Assembly: GCF_009914755.1 (NCBI RefSeq) | Contig: NC_060932.1 | Length of the DNA stretch: 64,000 nt | Source of the DNA: the human T2T-CHM13v2.0 reference genome, Homo sapiens | Strand: one strand, 5' to 3' | In this document: one piece after another, positions 12,025 through 27,035 of the stretch | Layout of the letters: each line of letters begins with the position of its first letter | Position numbering within the stretch: position 1 is the stretch's first letter | Translations under genes and position numbers: made by a program | The notes under the pieces: model-generated | Seen by the model: the letters and a program-made list of their open reading frames with translations, nothing else | What the model was told of the DNA's origin: nothing | The model's database searches: none

Positions 12025-12570
12025 CATCTATTTGTCCAACAAAAATTTACTGAATTTTTAATGTATGCCAGTGACTGTTCTGAGAATATGGCACTAAACA
12101 ACACAAAATTCCTACTCTCATAAAACTTCCATTCTAGTGCAGAGAATGGAAAAGAAAGAAATGAAGTTGAGCAGCGACAAATGTTATCAGGTTTCACTGT
12201 ACCATATGGTACAAATTCACAAAATTCAAGTAAAATTATAAATCCAGTTCCTCTGTCATGCTGGTCACATTTCAAATGCTCAGTACTTACAGAGGACTAT
12301 TGAGGATCCTATTAGAGAAATTGGATATAGAACATTTTTGTCTTCAAAAAGAGTTCAGTTGGCAAGAACACAAATATTTTAAAAAATAAAGCAGGAAGTC
12401 ATGATTGTGGGCTACAAAAAAAATAAGATGATATTTTGTTAACTGGTAGTAGGAGGCAACTCAGGGACATCCCCTTACAGGAAGGACATTGGAGCATAAT
12501 TGAGTGAACTGGGGGAGTGAGCCATGTGAATATATGAAAGGAGGGCTCTCCATTCAGGAAGTGTCCCTCT
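12025..12570 (-). mobile_element. L2 3' fragment interrupted by MER3/MER33
   Basis: caacaaaaatttactgaatttttaatgtatgccagtgactgttctgag...ttcctactctcataaaacttccattctagt; resumes with gaaggacattggagc...gagtgagccatgtgaatat. Confidence 0.7.
12195..12372. mobile_element. MER3/MER33-like hAT-Charlie element
   Basis: cagttcctctgtcatgctggtcacatttcaaatgctcagta...atatagaacattt. Confidence 0.7.
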
Positions 12571-13313
12571 ATATATCTTTCAGTAATTATAAAGGTTTGT
12601 GATTTACAATTTCTCAGTAACAATTATAATGGTTCTAAACAACCGTCTCATCCAATTGCAGAAATCTAAAAATGTGGAAAACTATGTAAGATCCTAAGAA
12701 TTCCTTAGAGACATTATAATAACATTTTCAGCTTTAGAAATGGATGAGTTACAACATGAATGTATTAGTGTTAATTTAAATTAATTTCAGCTTTATTATT
12801 ATTCTTGTTTGGGTATGTTAACATTCATAAAAGATGTACCATGCCAAATCAAATCTATAAATCCAAAGGATGTAGTGAAACTAATCAGAATTACAAGTGG
12901 CTACAAATTTCTCACGTTTTTCATGGTTTGGCTTTGTATCTAAAGTGATATATTTCTTCACTTCTACTCATTTTTAAGACATTATAAATATCTTGGTAAA
13001 TGCATGTCAAGCAATTCAGATATATTTAAGACCACAACACCTAACCTCATGAATTATTCTAGAAGAATTATAACAGAAACCTAGAAAAGGAAAGATAACT
13101 ATCAAAGATGTAGAAAAGTCATAGATTATGACAAATTAAAAGGAGTCAAAATAAGACCTTTATTTGATAGATGGTAGAATACAGTATTATTGTTACTAAC
13201 AACGTTGTGAAGTTCGGGGGCAAATCACAGTGTGCAAAGTGATGTGATGAACAGATTGCTTCCCCCATTGGTTTTTGACAGGAGGAGAAATGTAAGTAGG
13301 TTTATAACATTTT

Positions 13314-13980
13314 GTGTGGCTATTCCTCAGAGACCTGATGACAGAAACATCATTTGACCCAGCGATCCCACTTCTGGGTATATACCCAAAGGGATGTAAA
13401 TCATTCTGTTATGAAGATACATGCACACGTATGTTCATTGTAGCACTGTTCACAATAGCAAAGATTTGGAATCAACCTAAATGCCCATCAATGATAGACT
13501 GGGTAAAGAAAATGTGGTACATATATACCATGGAATACTAGGCAGCCATAAGACAGAATGAGATCACATCCTTTGCAGGGGCATGGATGGAGCTGGAGGC
13601 CATTATCCTTTGCAAACTAACATAGGAAGAGAAAACCAAATACCGCATGTTCTAAGTGGGAGCTAAGTGGTAACACACGGACAGAAAAGCAAATACTGCA
13701 TGTTCTCACAAGTGGGAGTTACATGATGAGAACACATGGACACATAGAGGGAAACAACACACACTGGGGCCTATTGGAGGGTTGAGATGGGGAGAAAGGA
13801 GAGGATAAGGGAAAAATAAGGGGTACTAGGATTAATACCTGGGTGATTAACATTAGTTAATTATTAGTTAAATAATTAGTTAACAAATTATCGTGTAGCA
13901 AATCCCCATGATACACATTTACCTATGTAACAAACTTGCACATCCTGCACATGTATCCCTGAAGTTAAAAGTTATTTAAA
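13314..13980 (+). mobile_element. Old L1PA (about L1PA13-16) 3' end, 5'-truncated
   Basis: Encodes the ORF2 C-terminus (FDPAIPLLGIYPK...QPKCPSMIDWVKKMWYIYTMEY) followed by an L1PA 3'UTR ending acctatgtaacaaacttgcacatcctgcacatgtatccctgaagttaaaa. Confidence 0.92.
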
Positions 13981-14798
13981 ATAATTTTTCTATGGTGCCA
14001 TATCTACTAACCAAAATATTAGATCAGAATTTTCTGAAGTGATTAAACATTAACCAGATACTACATGGCTACTTAAAATTTATTTGCTTGAATTGCAAAC
14101 TTTACATTTTAATATGGCAAGAATAATTTTGAAGTGTATTTATCTTGACATTTTAACATTTAGTCTTATCACTATACTTGAAGTTTATTATACCCAAATA
14201 TCACTTTTATCGATTTTTTCACTAGCATGTGAAATAGATTTTGACAGAACCTTTCATTAGGATAAGTCAATGCTATTTAAAAGCACTGATTATAACTATG
14301 CAGTCATTTGCTATCTGCTTTTGGATGTAATGTTACTTCTTTCCCTTTATATATATATGTATTTTATAAACTTATTTGTATATTTTTAATATTCTAATCA
14401 AAGGATATAAAATGACTTCTACCTTCATGTTATTTGGAGGGTCGTCCAAAACTTTCAGTTACTTAAAAAAGTGATAAAATTTATTTCTTATATAATTTCA
14501 GAGCTCACTTAAACATTTTATATACCTTGGGTTAGTTCCTTAGAGTCTTAACTAAGGATAGCATCTTCTGCATACACTAGAAAATATATCTATTGACTTT
14601 TCATGAGTTACTTAATCTCACAAACATTTTAATTATTTATGTATTGCTCAGTATTTACTGTAGTTATTGAAGAAATATAAAATATGCATATTCCATAACC
14701 TTGGGACTTTAGAGAAAGTTACAGTGTTATTGGGGAGGCCAGAAAAGATGGTAGATGGTTGGGAATAGTTCATGGGAGAGTGAGGAGTTGACTTAAAA

Positions 14799-15283
14799 AT
14801 ATATATATACGTACACATATACATATACATCTGTATATATGTACACATATGTGTACACACATGCGCACACATATGTGTACATATATGCGCACACATATGC
14901 GTACATACACATATGTGTACACATGTGCGTGTGTGCATATGTGTGCGCATATGTGTGCATAAATGCGCGTATATATGTGTGCATATATGTGTGCATATAC
15001 GTGCACACATACGTATATGTGTACATATATATGTACATATACATATATGTGTGCACATATACGTATATGTGTACGTATATGTACATATACGTATATGTGT
15101 ACACATACGCATATGTGTACGTATATGTACATATACGTATATGTGTACACATACGTATATGTGTACGTATATGTACATATACATATATGTGTACACATAT
15201 ACGTATATGTGTACGTATATGTACGTATACATATATGTGTACACATATATATGTACATATATACGTACATATACATATATATA
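14799..15283. repeat. ~485-bp alternating purine-pyrimidine (TA/CA/TG/CG) compound microsatellite with 46-48-bp higher-order units
   Basis: Directly visible; unit cgtatatgtgtacgtatatgtacatatacgtatatgtgtacacata recurs about 4-5 times at ~15012-15250. Confidence 0.97.
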
Positions 15284-15574
<291 letters not shown>

Positions 15575-16206
15575 TAAATCTTAAGGATGACTATGTACTA
15601 GAGGCAGAGTTTAGATGAGGACCAGATCTTAGACAAAGTTATTACTTTTTCAGTAAATTTCAATGTTTAGGATTGAAATTTAATAATTGTGCATAATGTA
15701 TAAACACATGCAAAAGCCCTTACATTAAAAATTTTGTTTTCATTTTAATTACTGTATGAATTGGGAGCATCTGAAAAACAGAAATTTTGTTGTTTCACAA
15801 CAACTAACGGAATGCTTAGCACGCATTGGATTCTGACTAAATTTTGATTGAATCATAAATTAATAATTAATGAGAAAGATTAAATAAATAAATAAATAAT
15901 ACTCTCCAATAGTTATATGTTAGGTTCATATTAGCTTTAGTATATTAATATAGACACATAATTTTGAGTACTGCAAGGCAAAGTCTTCCACTCTTTGGGT
16001 AGAGAAAAATGATTTATTTTTGACTTTTTAATTGGATTCTTAATTCCTAGTTTCCCTGTATAAATTTTGTGAGCTCAGAATACAATAGCTTATCTGATAA
16101 GATGAGAACGATGAAAACCAGGGCAACACTGCGAAATACTGGTTACAAATTTAACCTACAGCCGTAGTTTCCGGCTCTTTTTCTCTATGTATCTAGATAC
16201 CTAGTG

Positions 16207-16567
16207 CAGTGGTCCCTGATGATAGTTCAACTTAATGATTTTTCAGTTTTACAACGATGGCAAAGAGATATGCATTCAGTATAAACTGTACTTTGAGTAC
16301 GCATACAACCATTCTATTTTTCATTTTCAGTAAGTATTCAATAAATTACATGAGACAGTCGACACATTTTAATGAAATAGGCTTTGTTTTATATGAATTT
16401 GCCTAACTTGTAGGCTAATTTAAATAGTGTGAGCATGTATAAAGTACGTTAAGCTAGGCTATGATGTTGGATAGATGAGGTTTATTAAATGCCTTTCAAC
16501 TTACGACATTTTAAACTCATGATAGGCTTATTGGTATGTCATCCCATCATAAGACAAGGAGGATATA
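16207..16567 (-). mobile_element. MER47A (TcMar-Tigger non-autonomous element)
   Basis: gcattcagtataaactgtactttgagtacgcatacaaccattctattttt...tgtaggctaat...aagctaggctatgatgtt...ttattaaatgcctttcaacttacgac matches the MER47A reverse complement over its full length. Confidence 0.85.
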
Positions 16568-16869
16568 TACTCCTCTTTTCTGTTTTTGTTAAAATCCTGC
16601 CCTTAAATTTGAACACGTAACATATCCAGGTTAATCATCTGCTGCATGTTGTACTGCATTGAACTTGCTCTCCTCTGAAAACTGCCTTGGGACTGACACT
16701 TCCATGGTACAAAGCAGATAAGTATTTTTAAAAATTATCCATATTTATGAAGGCAAGATAATTAAAAAGCTACATATGCTAGGTAGTTACATTAGATTAG
16801 GACCTGGGCTATATGCATATATTATATCTTATAACCCCCCTTTAACTCTTGAGTAGATCCTCCATCACA

Positions 16870-17260
16870 CTATTTCGTACTCCTCTAGGTACAGTGATTC
16901 TTCAGGAGTTAGCATGCTACCCAGCAGTCTAATTATAAGGATTCTTATAACAACTATTGCTGAGGCTTCAAGTAAAGGAGCATTCTCTTCCTATTGCACC
17001 TGGAGATGTGAACAGAAAGATTGTTAGTGCTGTAGCAACTATGCCCCATGAGGGGTTATGTTAGATACCACAATCAGTATACAGGAAGGTAGTATGAGAC
17101 AAGAAGAGCTAAAGGCCCTGGTGAAGGCCTTGTGAAATTATTTGACTCCTTAATTAAGTGTATTTAAGTCAACCTCACCAAACCCTATTCAGTTCTGTGA
17201 GGGAATAAACTTCCTACATTTTTAAGCCACTTTGAGCTCAATTTTGTATCATTTTAACAA
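16870..17260 (+). mobile_element. Old MLT1-type LTR remnant
   Basis: ttcagttctgtgagggaataaacttcctacatttttaagccactttgagctc resembles an MLT1 3' end. Confidence 0.5.
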
Positions 17261-18025
17261 GGTTGGACCAGATTGAGACAAATAGTAAATGTGGAAGTCT
17301 TTCCCAAACCCAGTGTATCTGACCACTAACTCTATATTCTGTCTACTACCTGACACTGAGAGTTTCAGGCTGTCTGTTGCTGATGCTCTACATTAACTCC
17401 AAATTCCCTTCTTCCCATTTTAAATTCTGCTTTTCTTGTATGCCCTCCCACCACCAAAATTGTCCAAATATCTTTCTATCTTTTCTGTTCCTAATTTGCT
17501 TTGTTTGTGTCTAAATTGTCTGCCCAATTTATGACCTAAAACTTACTTTCTTTCTTTGAAATTTGAATATCTCAGTGCTTTTTTTGAATATGCTCCCTGG
17601 AATGATCTGCTCTAATGATATCTGGGACTTCTTTGTTTTTTGACTCCAGACTGGGTTTCCAGTGTTTCTCATTTGCCCTGCTTCCAATTTTGACTTCTGT
17701 TTCCCCATTGCCTGTCTATTTAGCTTCCAAACTTTTCCTTCAGCATGAGATCAAGTAAATTTCTTATATGGTATTATACTGTCAGTTTGATTACATTTCC
17801 ATCACATTCTGTTTACCTTCAGCTTCATGATAGTGTTATAGCCTCAACTAGTTTCAGTCCTCATCACTATAAGTCAGTTCACAAAAGGTCCTTTGCTGCT
17901 GACTCACTGCTATTCAAAATACTGAACTCAAGTATGTTCTGTTTTAAATCAACAATTCAATTGATTCTATAGTTCATACTGCAGCCAGAGAAAAATAACA
18001 TCAAATTGTCTATTGAGCTTCTGGG

Positions 18026-18600
18026 TGTTATGGTGGTCAATTAGGGTAAAGATCCAAACTGAAAGTAACAATCAAGCTTTTATTCACTTACCACAACAGT
18101 GAAAGCAAGAGGTCAATAAGAAAGGCACTGGCTCACCAGTGTTCTCTTTGCCTCCATGGAATGGCACCAGGTGTGGACAAATGATACAGTAGAGAGAAGT
18201 CAATTATCTCACCTCTGAAGACCCTGAACAAAAGCTCCTGACTTTTTATGAACCCTGGAGGTAGAAGAAAGGAAGAGAATGGGCTAGAAGTGGAAAAGTA
18301 CAAAGTCGGAGTGGAGATGAGTGCATCAGCTTACTCCCTTGATTAGGAGGCTTCTGAATAGAGGTGCCTAGACGGGGAATGCAAATATGTGTATGAACTT
18401 GGCTGGCTCAGAAGGCAACATTTTTATTGCAACTCTCTCTAGAAAGCTCCAATGTGCTGACTATATACCAAATCTCATGTGTGGAGTACAGTTTCCCCCA
18501 TAAGGATTGGAAGGCAAAGACTTGTAATTGCCTATGTTTGGTCCTGAAAGATAACACATAGGATTTCAGCCTAGAACTGGACTCATTATTGTCTCTTAGC
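18026..18600 (-). mobile_element. Probable old ERVL-class LTR (family uncertain)
   Basis: Begins tgtta, followed by aagcttttattcacttacc and ctcctgactttttatgaaccctggagg; composition differs from the flanks. Confidence 0.4.
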
Positions 18601-19356
18601 TAACTCTTACTTAAACATCCAGTATGGAGTACTAGTATTTGTGAACAGTTGTTTCAAAAAAGTTTCTTTGAAAAATCATTCATTTCCTGAGACGCTCTTA
18701 TATGTATTTTCAGATGAAGACTGCCAAAATACAATCATATTGTATTACAATACAGTAACCACACTAGACTATAATAACTGCACACTATTCTGCCTTTCAT
18801 AGAATGCTTGCTCTGAAGTTTTTAGTCACAAACATTTTCATTGATTAGCACTACTACCTGGGAGGAAAAAAATAATGGGAAAGTCTTGTTTGCATTTAAC
18901 TCTATATCCACAGAACCATGATAAACAAGATATTATCTGCTATAATGTAAGGCATAGTGTATCCACAGTAGAAAAATCCAGAAATGTTAGTAAAATTGTT
19001 CCCAAATAGAAATAAGGTAAAATTTTGCTTGATGAAGTAATGTGTTTCATCTAAGTATATCCTCTCTTTTGTAGCCATCTACTTTGGCTTTCTTTCTTTC
19101 TTTCTTTTTTAACTTCCGGGACTCAGAGTTAAATCTAAAAGTATGTTCTAATGAAACCACTCTATGGTTTATATAAATACTCATATCCTACAAAAGTTGA
19201 CGTCCAGTTATTAATTTTCCCTGACAGGTACTTATTATTTATTAATTATACTTTACTATTATGTATATATTTGAAATCTCAAATATTACATAGAAGGTAA
19301 TATAATTTTTTTTTTACTTCAAAGTAAAACATGTTTTAACTCATGCAAAAAAGTAA

Positions 19357-19689
<333 letters not shown>

Positions 19690-21049
19690 TAGTTTTTATT
19701 ATGGAAATAAATTTATTTTATATTACCCAAAGCTTTGGAGGATATACAGGGGCTGTCGGAAAAAATAGATTAAACCTTTAATAGTTTTACTTATAAGTTA
19801 TGAGTGCACATAAGGTCCAACTCCATAACATGTATTTGTATAACCAGACCATTCAAAATACTACCTCAAAGAGTATGCAATCAGTCCATCAAGTTAATTT
19901 TATATAATCACTGAAAATATAAATCTCATAATATCTTATCTCGATGTATTAACCCCTACAAATATTAAAAGCATAATAAGTTAATTATTGTTTTTAAAAG
20001 AGATATAAGAAATACATTTAATGCATGCTGAGTGAGTTCAATATTTAAAAGTCATGAGACAAATGAATTTTGAACTCTCATTATTCTAATTAAGTCATCG
20101 TGTATCTATGGAAACAACCATTTATTAGTACTCAGAATAGAAAATGAGGTTCACAATTATCTATCCAGAATTAGCCCAAAGGTAAGCCTGATGTTGCACA
20201 TACACACTGACTTACTGACTTTCATAATGTGATTATGTAAATGGCCAGTTCTCCATTTATGGAGAATGGTAGAAAATGAATTTCATTTGGACATTCCAAG
20301 GTTTAATTATATTTTTAAGAAATGGGAGATATTACATTATGAATACTCACATTTACCAATCTGAGATTATTTGAAAGTTTGAAGTTTATATGTGTAATGT
20401 AAGATTATACCAAGTTTTCTCATAAGACCTAACTTTTATTTATGTCTTTTCATTCATATTTAATGTTTGTTAGAGGTCACAATCACTAATAGTAAGTATA
20501 ATAGCAATGTAAGTACCTTATATCTTGTCTACTTCATACAGATCAGGTTTTTAATTCTCACAAAGCAAAAAGTTAACATGATTACAGATAAATAAAGTCA
20601 TATGAACAAAGGTTATATATTTCAGAATGTTACAAAGCTCCTACATACTGTAACAAGGATTCATGTTATTCTTTTCTAACTCTAAAACATTTTTGTACTA
20701 TTTCAAATGGACAATTATTCACTCAATACATTACATTTTATTTTCAATTAAAACGTGGGAGTTATTTGCCAAGATATTTACCCCAATATGGGAAAAATAT
20801 ATAAATCATCAAAATAGTAATATTACAACAGGATGAAATGTTTAAAATTATTATGGATAAACAAAAAACATACCAATGTTATCCATTAAATCTTGGCCCT
20901 CACAAATTTGCCTTAATAGGAATGCGTAAATGAATATTGAAGAGAAAAAATGAAATTCCTAGCTCTTTGGGAAGCCATACGAACAATACAAACTAAATTA
21001 TTAAATTTGGCTTGGTAAAACATACTACTGGTTGACAAGAAAATGTATG

Positions 21050-22600
21050 TAAACATTTCAATATATATTTAAAACATTGATAAAATTTGACATAAATGCA
21101 TGTTACAATTCTTAATATGTTAGGATAAGAAGAGACCTTTTTAACCATTTAAAATATTTATCAACAATATTTATGACAAGCAGCATTCTACACAGGAAAT
21201 ATTTGAAATTTATTTTTATTTCAAAATCAGAGCTAATACAAGAACCCTGCCATTGCTACTTTCATTTAACATCTATTTGGGGTTGTAGCCAGCCAGTATG
21301 GTAAGAAAATAAATTAGAGACATAGAAATTGTAAAAAGGAAAAAATAGTTATCGTTTTGCAGATGATGTATGTTTCTATGTAAACTTTTACATAGAAAAC
21401 CAAATTATTAGAAAATATGGAACAATTTAGACATACAAATGAATATAATTAATGTGAAAAAATCAGTTATATTTGCTTATACCAACAACAAACATGTAGA
21501 ATGGATATTTGAAGAGAAAAAACAATTTGCAATAGTATTCAAGACCTCACAATCAATTTAACAGATGGATAAGGTCTTTACAGGAAAAGAATAAAACACT
21601 GTTATGTGAATTAAAGAAAATTAAAGGAGTAAAGTGATTGGCTAAATTTTATAAAAAGTTCTATCTAGTCTTTCTAAGCGGATATGAGGAATCAATGAAA
21701 TTTCAATTAGAATTTCAATTGGTTTTATGAAACTTGTTTATTCTAAAGTTTATGTGGGAGAGGCGAAGGGCAAGAAAAGCAACGAGGCTGAGGAATTCCA
21801 GTACCACCCCCAATTAATATGATTGCGTATTGTTAAAGAAATCCTTCTCCATTCTAAGGATTAAAATATATTTCTTAAGCAATAAACAGGATTGCTAATT
21901 AAAATTAATAAATGTGATAATGTTAAAATTAAGATATTTTGTTCTTCAAAAGACAACTTAATTAGTAATCAGGAAAACGCAAATCAAGACAAGAAAGAAA
22001 TACTTTTTGATACTCATTGGCCTGTCACTGCATCATAAAGTTGAACGTTCATATATCCTATAACTCAGTAGTTACCAACCTAGGTATATAACTAAGATAA
22101 ACTTTTGCATTTTCTCTTTATGAGATGCATGTCAGAACATCATAAGGATGCCATACAAAAAAAAGTAAAAAATGAGGAAATAATTCAAATACTCTATAAT
22201 AAAAGAGAAGATAAATTGGGATGCTAATAGATTAACACAATAGTATAAATTAATGAACTGTAATGTTGTTTACCAATGCCTGAAACTCAAAAGCACAATT
22301 AATAAAATTAAGTTCCACCAAATTACACATTAAAGATGTCATTCTAACAAAATTACAACAATCAAAATTAAATCTGTAGGTCAATTTACCTGTATATACG
22401 TCTTAAGAGATACTTAGAGCTGAGATTTTTAAAAATATGAAAAGGAAAGTAGGAAAATAATGAATAGAAAATTGATGGAGGTGGATAATTTGGGTGAGAG
22501 GAGGCAGAAGCATGTGATGGGGAAGGACCACATGGTAGATAAAAGTTGTTGTCAAGATCTTGTCCTCTGGAGCATGTGGTGGTTTCATGGAACATATTGC
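21050..22600 (+). mobile_element. Highly diverged L1ME-type ORF2 and 3' fragments
   Basis: tcaaaatcagagctaatacaagaaccc...ttatcgttttgcagatgat (LFADD region)...ttctaaagtttatgtggga...tatcctataactcagtagtta. Confidence 0.7.
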
Positions 22601-23544
22601 TTTGTTGTGAAGATGGAAGGAAAAAAAGAAGGAAAGAAAGGAGGGAGGGAGGGAAGGTGAGAGGGAAGGAAGAAGTAAGAAAGAAAATTAAAAAGTTAGA
22701 GAAATAAAATGTGCATATTAATGATAAAAAAACATTAATAGAATACTAAGATTATTACTGCTCTAGTTCTGTTCACTTAAGGGTGATAAAGAGATATAAC
22801 CCCCTCCACACACACACACGTGTACAAGTATGTAAGAAGCTTCGGTGAGTAGTTATCAGGCATGCAAAAGTATTAAGATATTTGATAATTTCCAAAGGAA
22901 AGGAAACACTTTTTTCCATTCAATGATGGAATATTTATTGGGAGTCTACACTATAAGCTAGACACCATGCTAGGTACTGAGGATAAAGTCATATATGGTT
23001 TGAACATGGTTGTTGCCTTCATGACAATGTTCCCATGGTTTCCATATCTTTTAAAGTATACTGCAGATAATTTAGAGATCATTTTCATTCTCCAATTGAG
23101 AATGGTGATTTCCATTTACCCAAGGGGACAGGGTAAGGAAATAGTCATCTCTTAGGCTTGGGTGAATCCTCCAAATAAATTAACACCACTTAATTCTCAC
23201 ATCAAAAAATTTAAATAAATAATTTTAGAAATAATTTTACTTTTTGTAGCAGAAGTTAATTTTTAAAATCTAATATACCTTCCACCAAATTTGATAAACT
23301 ATATTTATATCTAGCAAAATTAGAACTTTGGGGCATTTTACACCAAATTACTCTTAGTGAATAATAAAATTCATAAGTGCTCTTGTCTAATGGAATATTA
23401 ACTTTTTAAATTTGAGGTGATTTATGATTTATAATAATCCAAAGTAGGCATGGACGGTTGACCCTCATTTATATTTTACATACATTACTTGCTAGTTACC
23501 TTTTAAAAATATATGTATATGTATCTCAGACGGTTGAGTGAGAC

Positions 23545-23586
23545 ATGTGTATGTGTGTGTATTTCTCTCTTTCTCTCTCTCTCTAT

Positions 23587-23633
<47 letters not shown>

Positions 23634-23640
23634 TATGTTT
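23545..23640. repeat. (CT)n-(GT)n compound microsatellite
   Basis: ctctctctctatctct followed by about 18 GT units. Confidence 0.97.
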
Positions 23641-24641
23641 GAGAGATGCAAGTAGATCAATAATACAGTTTTTTTTTTTCCTCAGGACTATGTTGCAAAA
23701 AATAATCAACATACGGTGGTCAAAGCTACTGGAAGTTTTGTGAATGTCTAGTAGGACTGAAATGTCTTATATGTTTTCCTTACACAAATTTCGTAATTTT
23801 GCACTATTTTAGATACCAATGATACATTGAATTTTTTAGCATGTAAGTATCTTCAATAAAATTGCATGCAATTAAAAGGTAAGTGTAGTCATCACATTTC
23901 CTGGATGCTAATGACAAAAGAATCTCTTCCACAGGTCTCCTAGAGGAAAACAATTAGCCCAGAATCCCTTTTACTTTTTTTTTTGCCAAAAAAACCCAGC
24001 TGTTTGATGACTGTTCGGCTTAGTTTAGAACATTTCACAATTTTTATTTTCTTCAAGAGAGTAACAGGAAACAGATGTTTCATTTGACTCTTCTATAGAG
24101 TGAATCTTTCATAAGGAAATAAGTGTTAATCTCAGATTCTCTCAAAAGCCATAGCTTTTGAACCTTAGTCAGGTGCTGGCATTTTGATTACTTCATATTA
24201 ATTTAAAAATCACTTAAACTGATTAGCACATAATTTTGATGTGTTATGGTGAGCTTTCTTTTTCTTTTATTGACTCGTAATTATTTTTAACAAGAAAACA
24301 TTTTGGATGGTACATGTTAAAGACATAAAAATTGTGGAAAGTTTTTACATATAGGGAGATGCAGGTATGTGCAGATATCTCTTTCTTCACATGTAACCAA
24401 TAGTAAGTATTTTTGAAAATAAAATGTCCTGACAACTATTCATATTTCCCTGGGCTGCCAGACTAATCAGTAAGAATGTTCCTTGATAAAGTTCATATTA
24501 TAAACAAGCTGTCTTAAGGTCTCTATTTTTTCATATAGTTTAACTTGTGTCTCATTTATTTTTGTTTATATTCTCTTTAAAGGCAGAAAATATTGACAAT
24601 ATGTTCCAGTGATGGTAAGATGAGCTTTTGCCTGCCTTACC

Positions 24642-24726
24642 TTTTTCCAATGATAGCTACATGAATGTACTATGTTTTAAGATTTTGCAATATAAATGTT
24701 TGCTGAATAATGAATAAAAGAGGTTG
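24642..24726 (+). repeat. Dispersed 85-bp direct repeat, copy 2 (probable donor)
   Basis: tttttccaatgatagctacatgaatgtactatgttttaagattttgcaatataaatgtttgctgaataatgaataaaagaggttg; matches 2651-2735. Confidence 0.95.
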
Positions 24727-25965
24727 CTCTGTGGTAGAATAATGTATCAATATATTAATTAATACTGTTCTCACTAATATAGTTCATCATTAGGCAGGAT
24801 TTTTCTCTCCTCTGTTTCAAAAGGATTTCTGATTGTTTCAATAGAGACTGATCCCCTCAGTCTAAAAAGGGGTCTTGTGTTGTGGAGACTCCATTTTAAT
24901 ACAATGAAATAAATTTTCAATCTAGGCATTCATTTTAACAATATGCAGGCAGACTAAATGAGGCTAGTGATAAACCTAGAAGAGGTAGGTTTACACTGCC
25001 TAAGAAGGTAACAAAAAAGAGAGTGACTCGGAAGCAGGCAACAGTGGCGGATACTGTGAGTGGCATGAGTCCTGTGACCTGCATCCTGAGATGCAGGACC
25101 TCTGATGTGATGGCAGTGGATTCCTGCAGGCTGAACCCTAACAGCAGCTGCTCTTTGACAACGCTTAGCATGGAGAAACTGGAACTGTCATATACAAATG
25201 ACCACACATGCTTGGAATCAAATCCCAGTGACTACCCCTCATGTACTGCAGACTAAAAGCCTCTTCTCTGTTTTCCAGGAATCTCATAGAGCACTGCACC
25301 CTAAAAATTCTTCTATGACCTTAGGAAGCAAGAAGGACCACTCCTACTCCTACTCCACATGATGCAGAAGCACTTCCCCATCCTCTTTCATGGGGCAAAG
25401 CTGAGTCAGTATTTTTTAATGTTGGAACCAATAAAATAATGTGAAATTCTTAAATCTCAGCACTGTTCAGCATATTCTCAACATTACACAAAATCTGGCT
25501 GGCATGCTGGAAAAAGAACAGAATGATAAAGACCATATTTGAGCTGTCATCATATAGCAGCAATGATCTATATCATAGCAGTTGAATCATAGGCCTGATT
25601 GATCATTTTCATGTGCATTCATCAAGAAGGACATTAAAGCCTGACTTTGCATCCATTATTGTCTATTTTACCTCTAAAAATCATGTTTCTTTTTTCTAGG
25701 TGACAAATCTTTGATCAGATTTTTTCTATAATTAACATTCAATGTGAAGGGGAAAGAGTACTTACATATAAAGACGCATGTAGTAATACAAGGAAAACAT
25801 ACTTTATGATATTTAGAAATGTCCTTTATTAGAACAAAAATAAGCATCTAAACCTACATGTTTAAATTTCAAGTTTATTAAAGAAAATACAAGTACGCAA
25901 GATAAGTGAAAATCTTTTAGGGAGAATACGGAGTGTTTTAAAAAGCGTTTAGAAACTTTAATGGC

Positions 25966-26338
<373 letters not shown>

Positions 26339-26590
26339 TCATTAATGCACACATTCACCATTGGTTATTGAGTGTCTTTTTGATAGGTACATTCCATCTT
26401 GATTGAGAGGCTGCTTCGTGTCTTATAGTAGAGAAATTCAAGGTTTATTTACCTGATGATAAATTGTTTGAAATAAGAAGAAAAGAGAAAAATATAGAGA
26501 TTCTTAATCATCTTGAGGCATATTTTTAACAGTGTATATTGATATTATCCATTTAACTTCTATCTTGCTTTATTCACATTACATTTGGAT

Positions 26591-27035
26591 TGTGGCCACA
26601 ATTGTCAAAGCAGAACTGCTTCCTGGTGAGGATGGAGCCAAAAGGTGGGAAGAACCAGGAAAGGATGGAACACCTTGGTGCAGTAGGTCAGAAATAAGTG
26701 AGGCTTTTTGGCTGCAGAGTGGCCGCTGGGATTTACAGAGCAATAGAGAGATGATTATTCTCATTTTCAGCACCTGGCTTTGGGGAAGGGAATTGGCATC
26801 TTTACAGAAGCTATGGGAACCTACTGCCTAGGAAAGACTAGCACAAAAAGTGCCGTGTTGACAAGAACAGTGATGGAGAAAGGGATGTGTTGGCAGAAGT
26901 GGAGAAGCAAACAAGGTTGGCTTTGTTCTGGCCTCTGACCCAGGAGGCTGTCTGAGGGATATTGGCTCAGTGCACAGCCCAGAACTGTTGGAGAAATAAA
27001 CGTTCCCCATAAATTGCCAGGCTGTTTTCGCTACA
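26591..27035 (+). mobile_element. Probable ancient solo LTR (Gypsy/ERVL class, family uncertain)
   Basis: TG...CA ends (tgtggcc...ttcgctaca), AATAAA at 26995-27000 about 35 nt before the end, purine-rich body; no clear TSD. Confidence 0.4.

Noticed and set aside
20245-20269. Short palindrome ttctccat-tt-atggagaa (similar ones at ~4865, ~8390, ~29152)
   Set aside because: Arms of 7-9 bp are expected by chance in 64 kb of AT-rich DNA.
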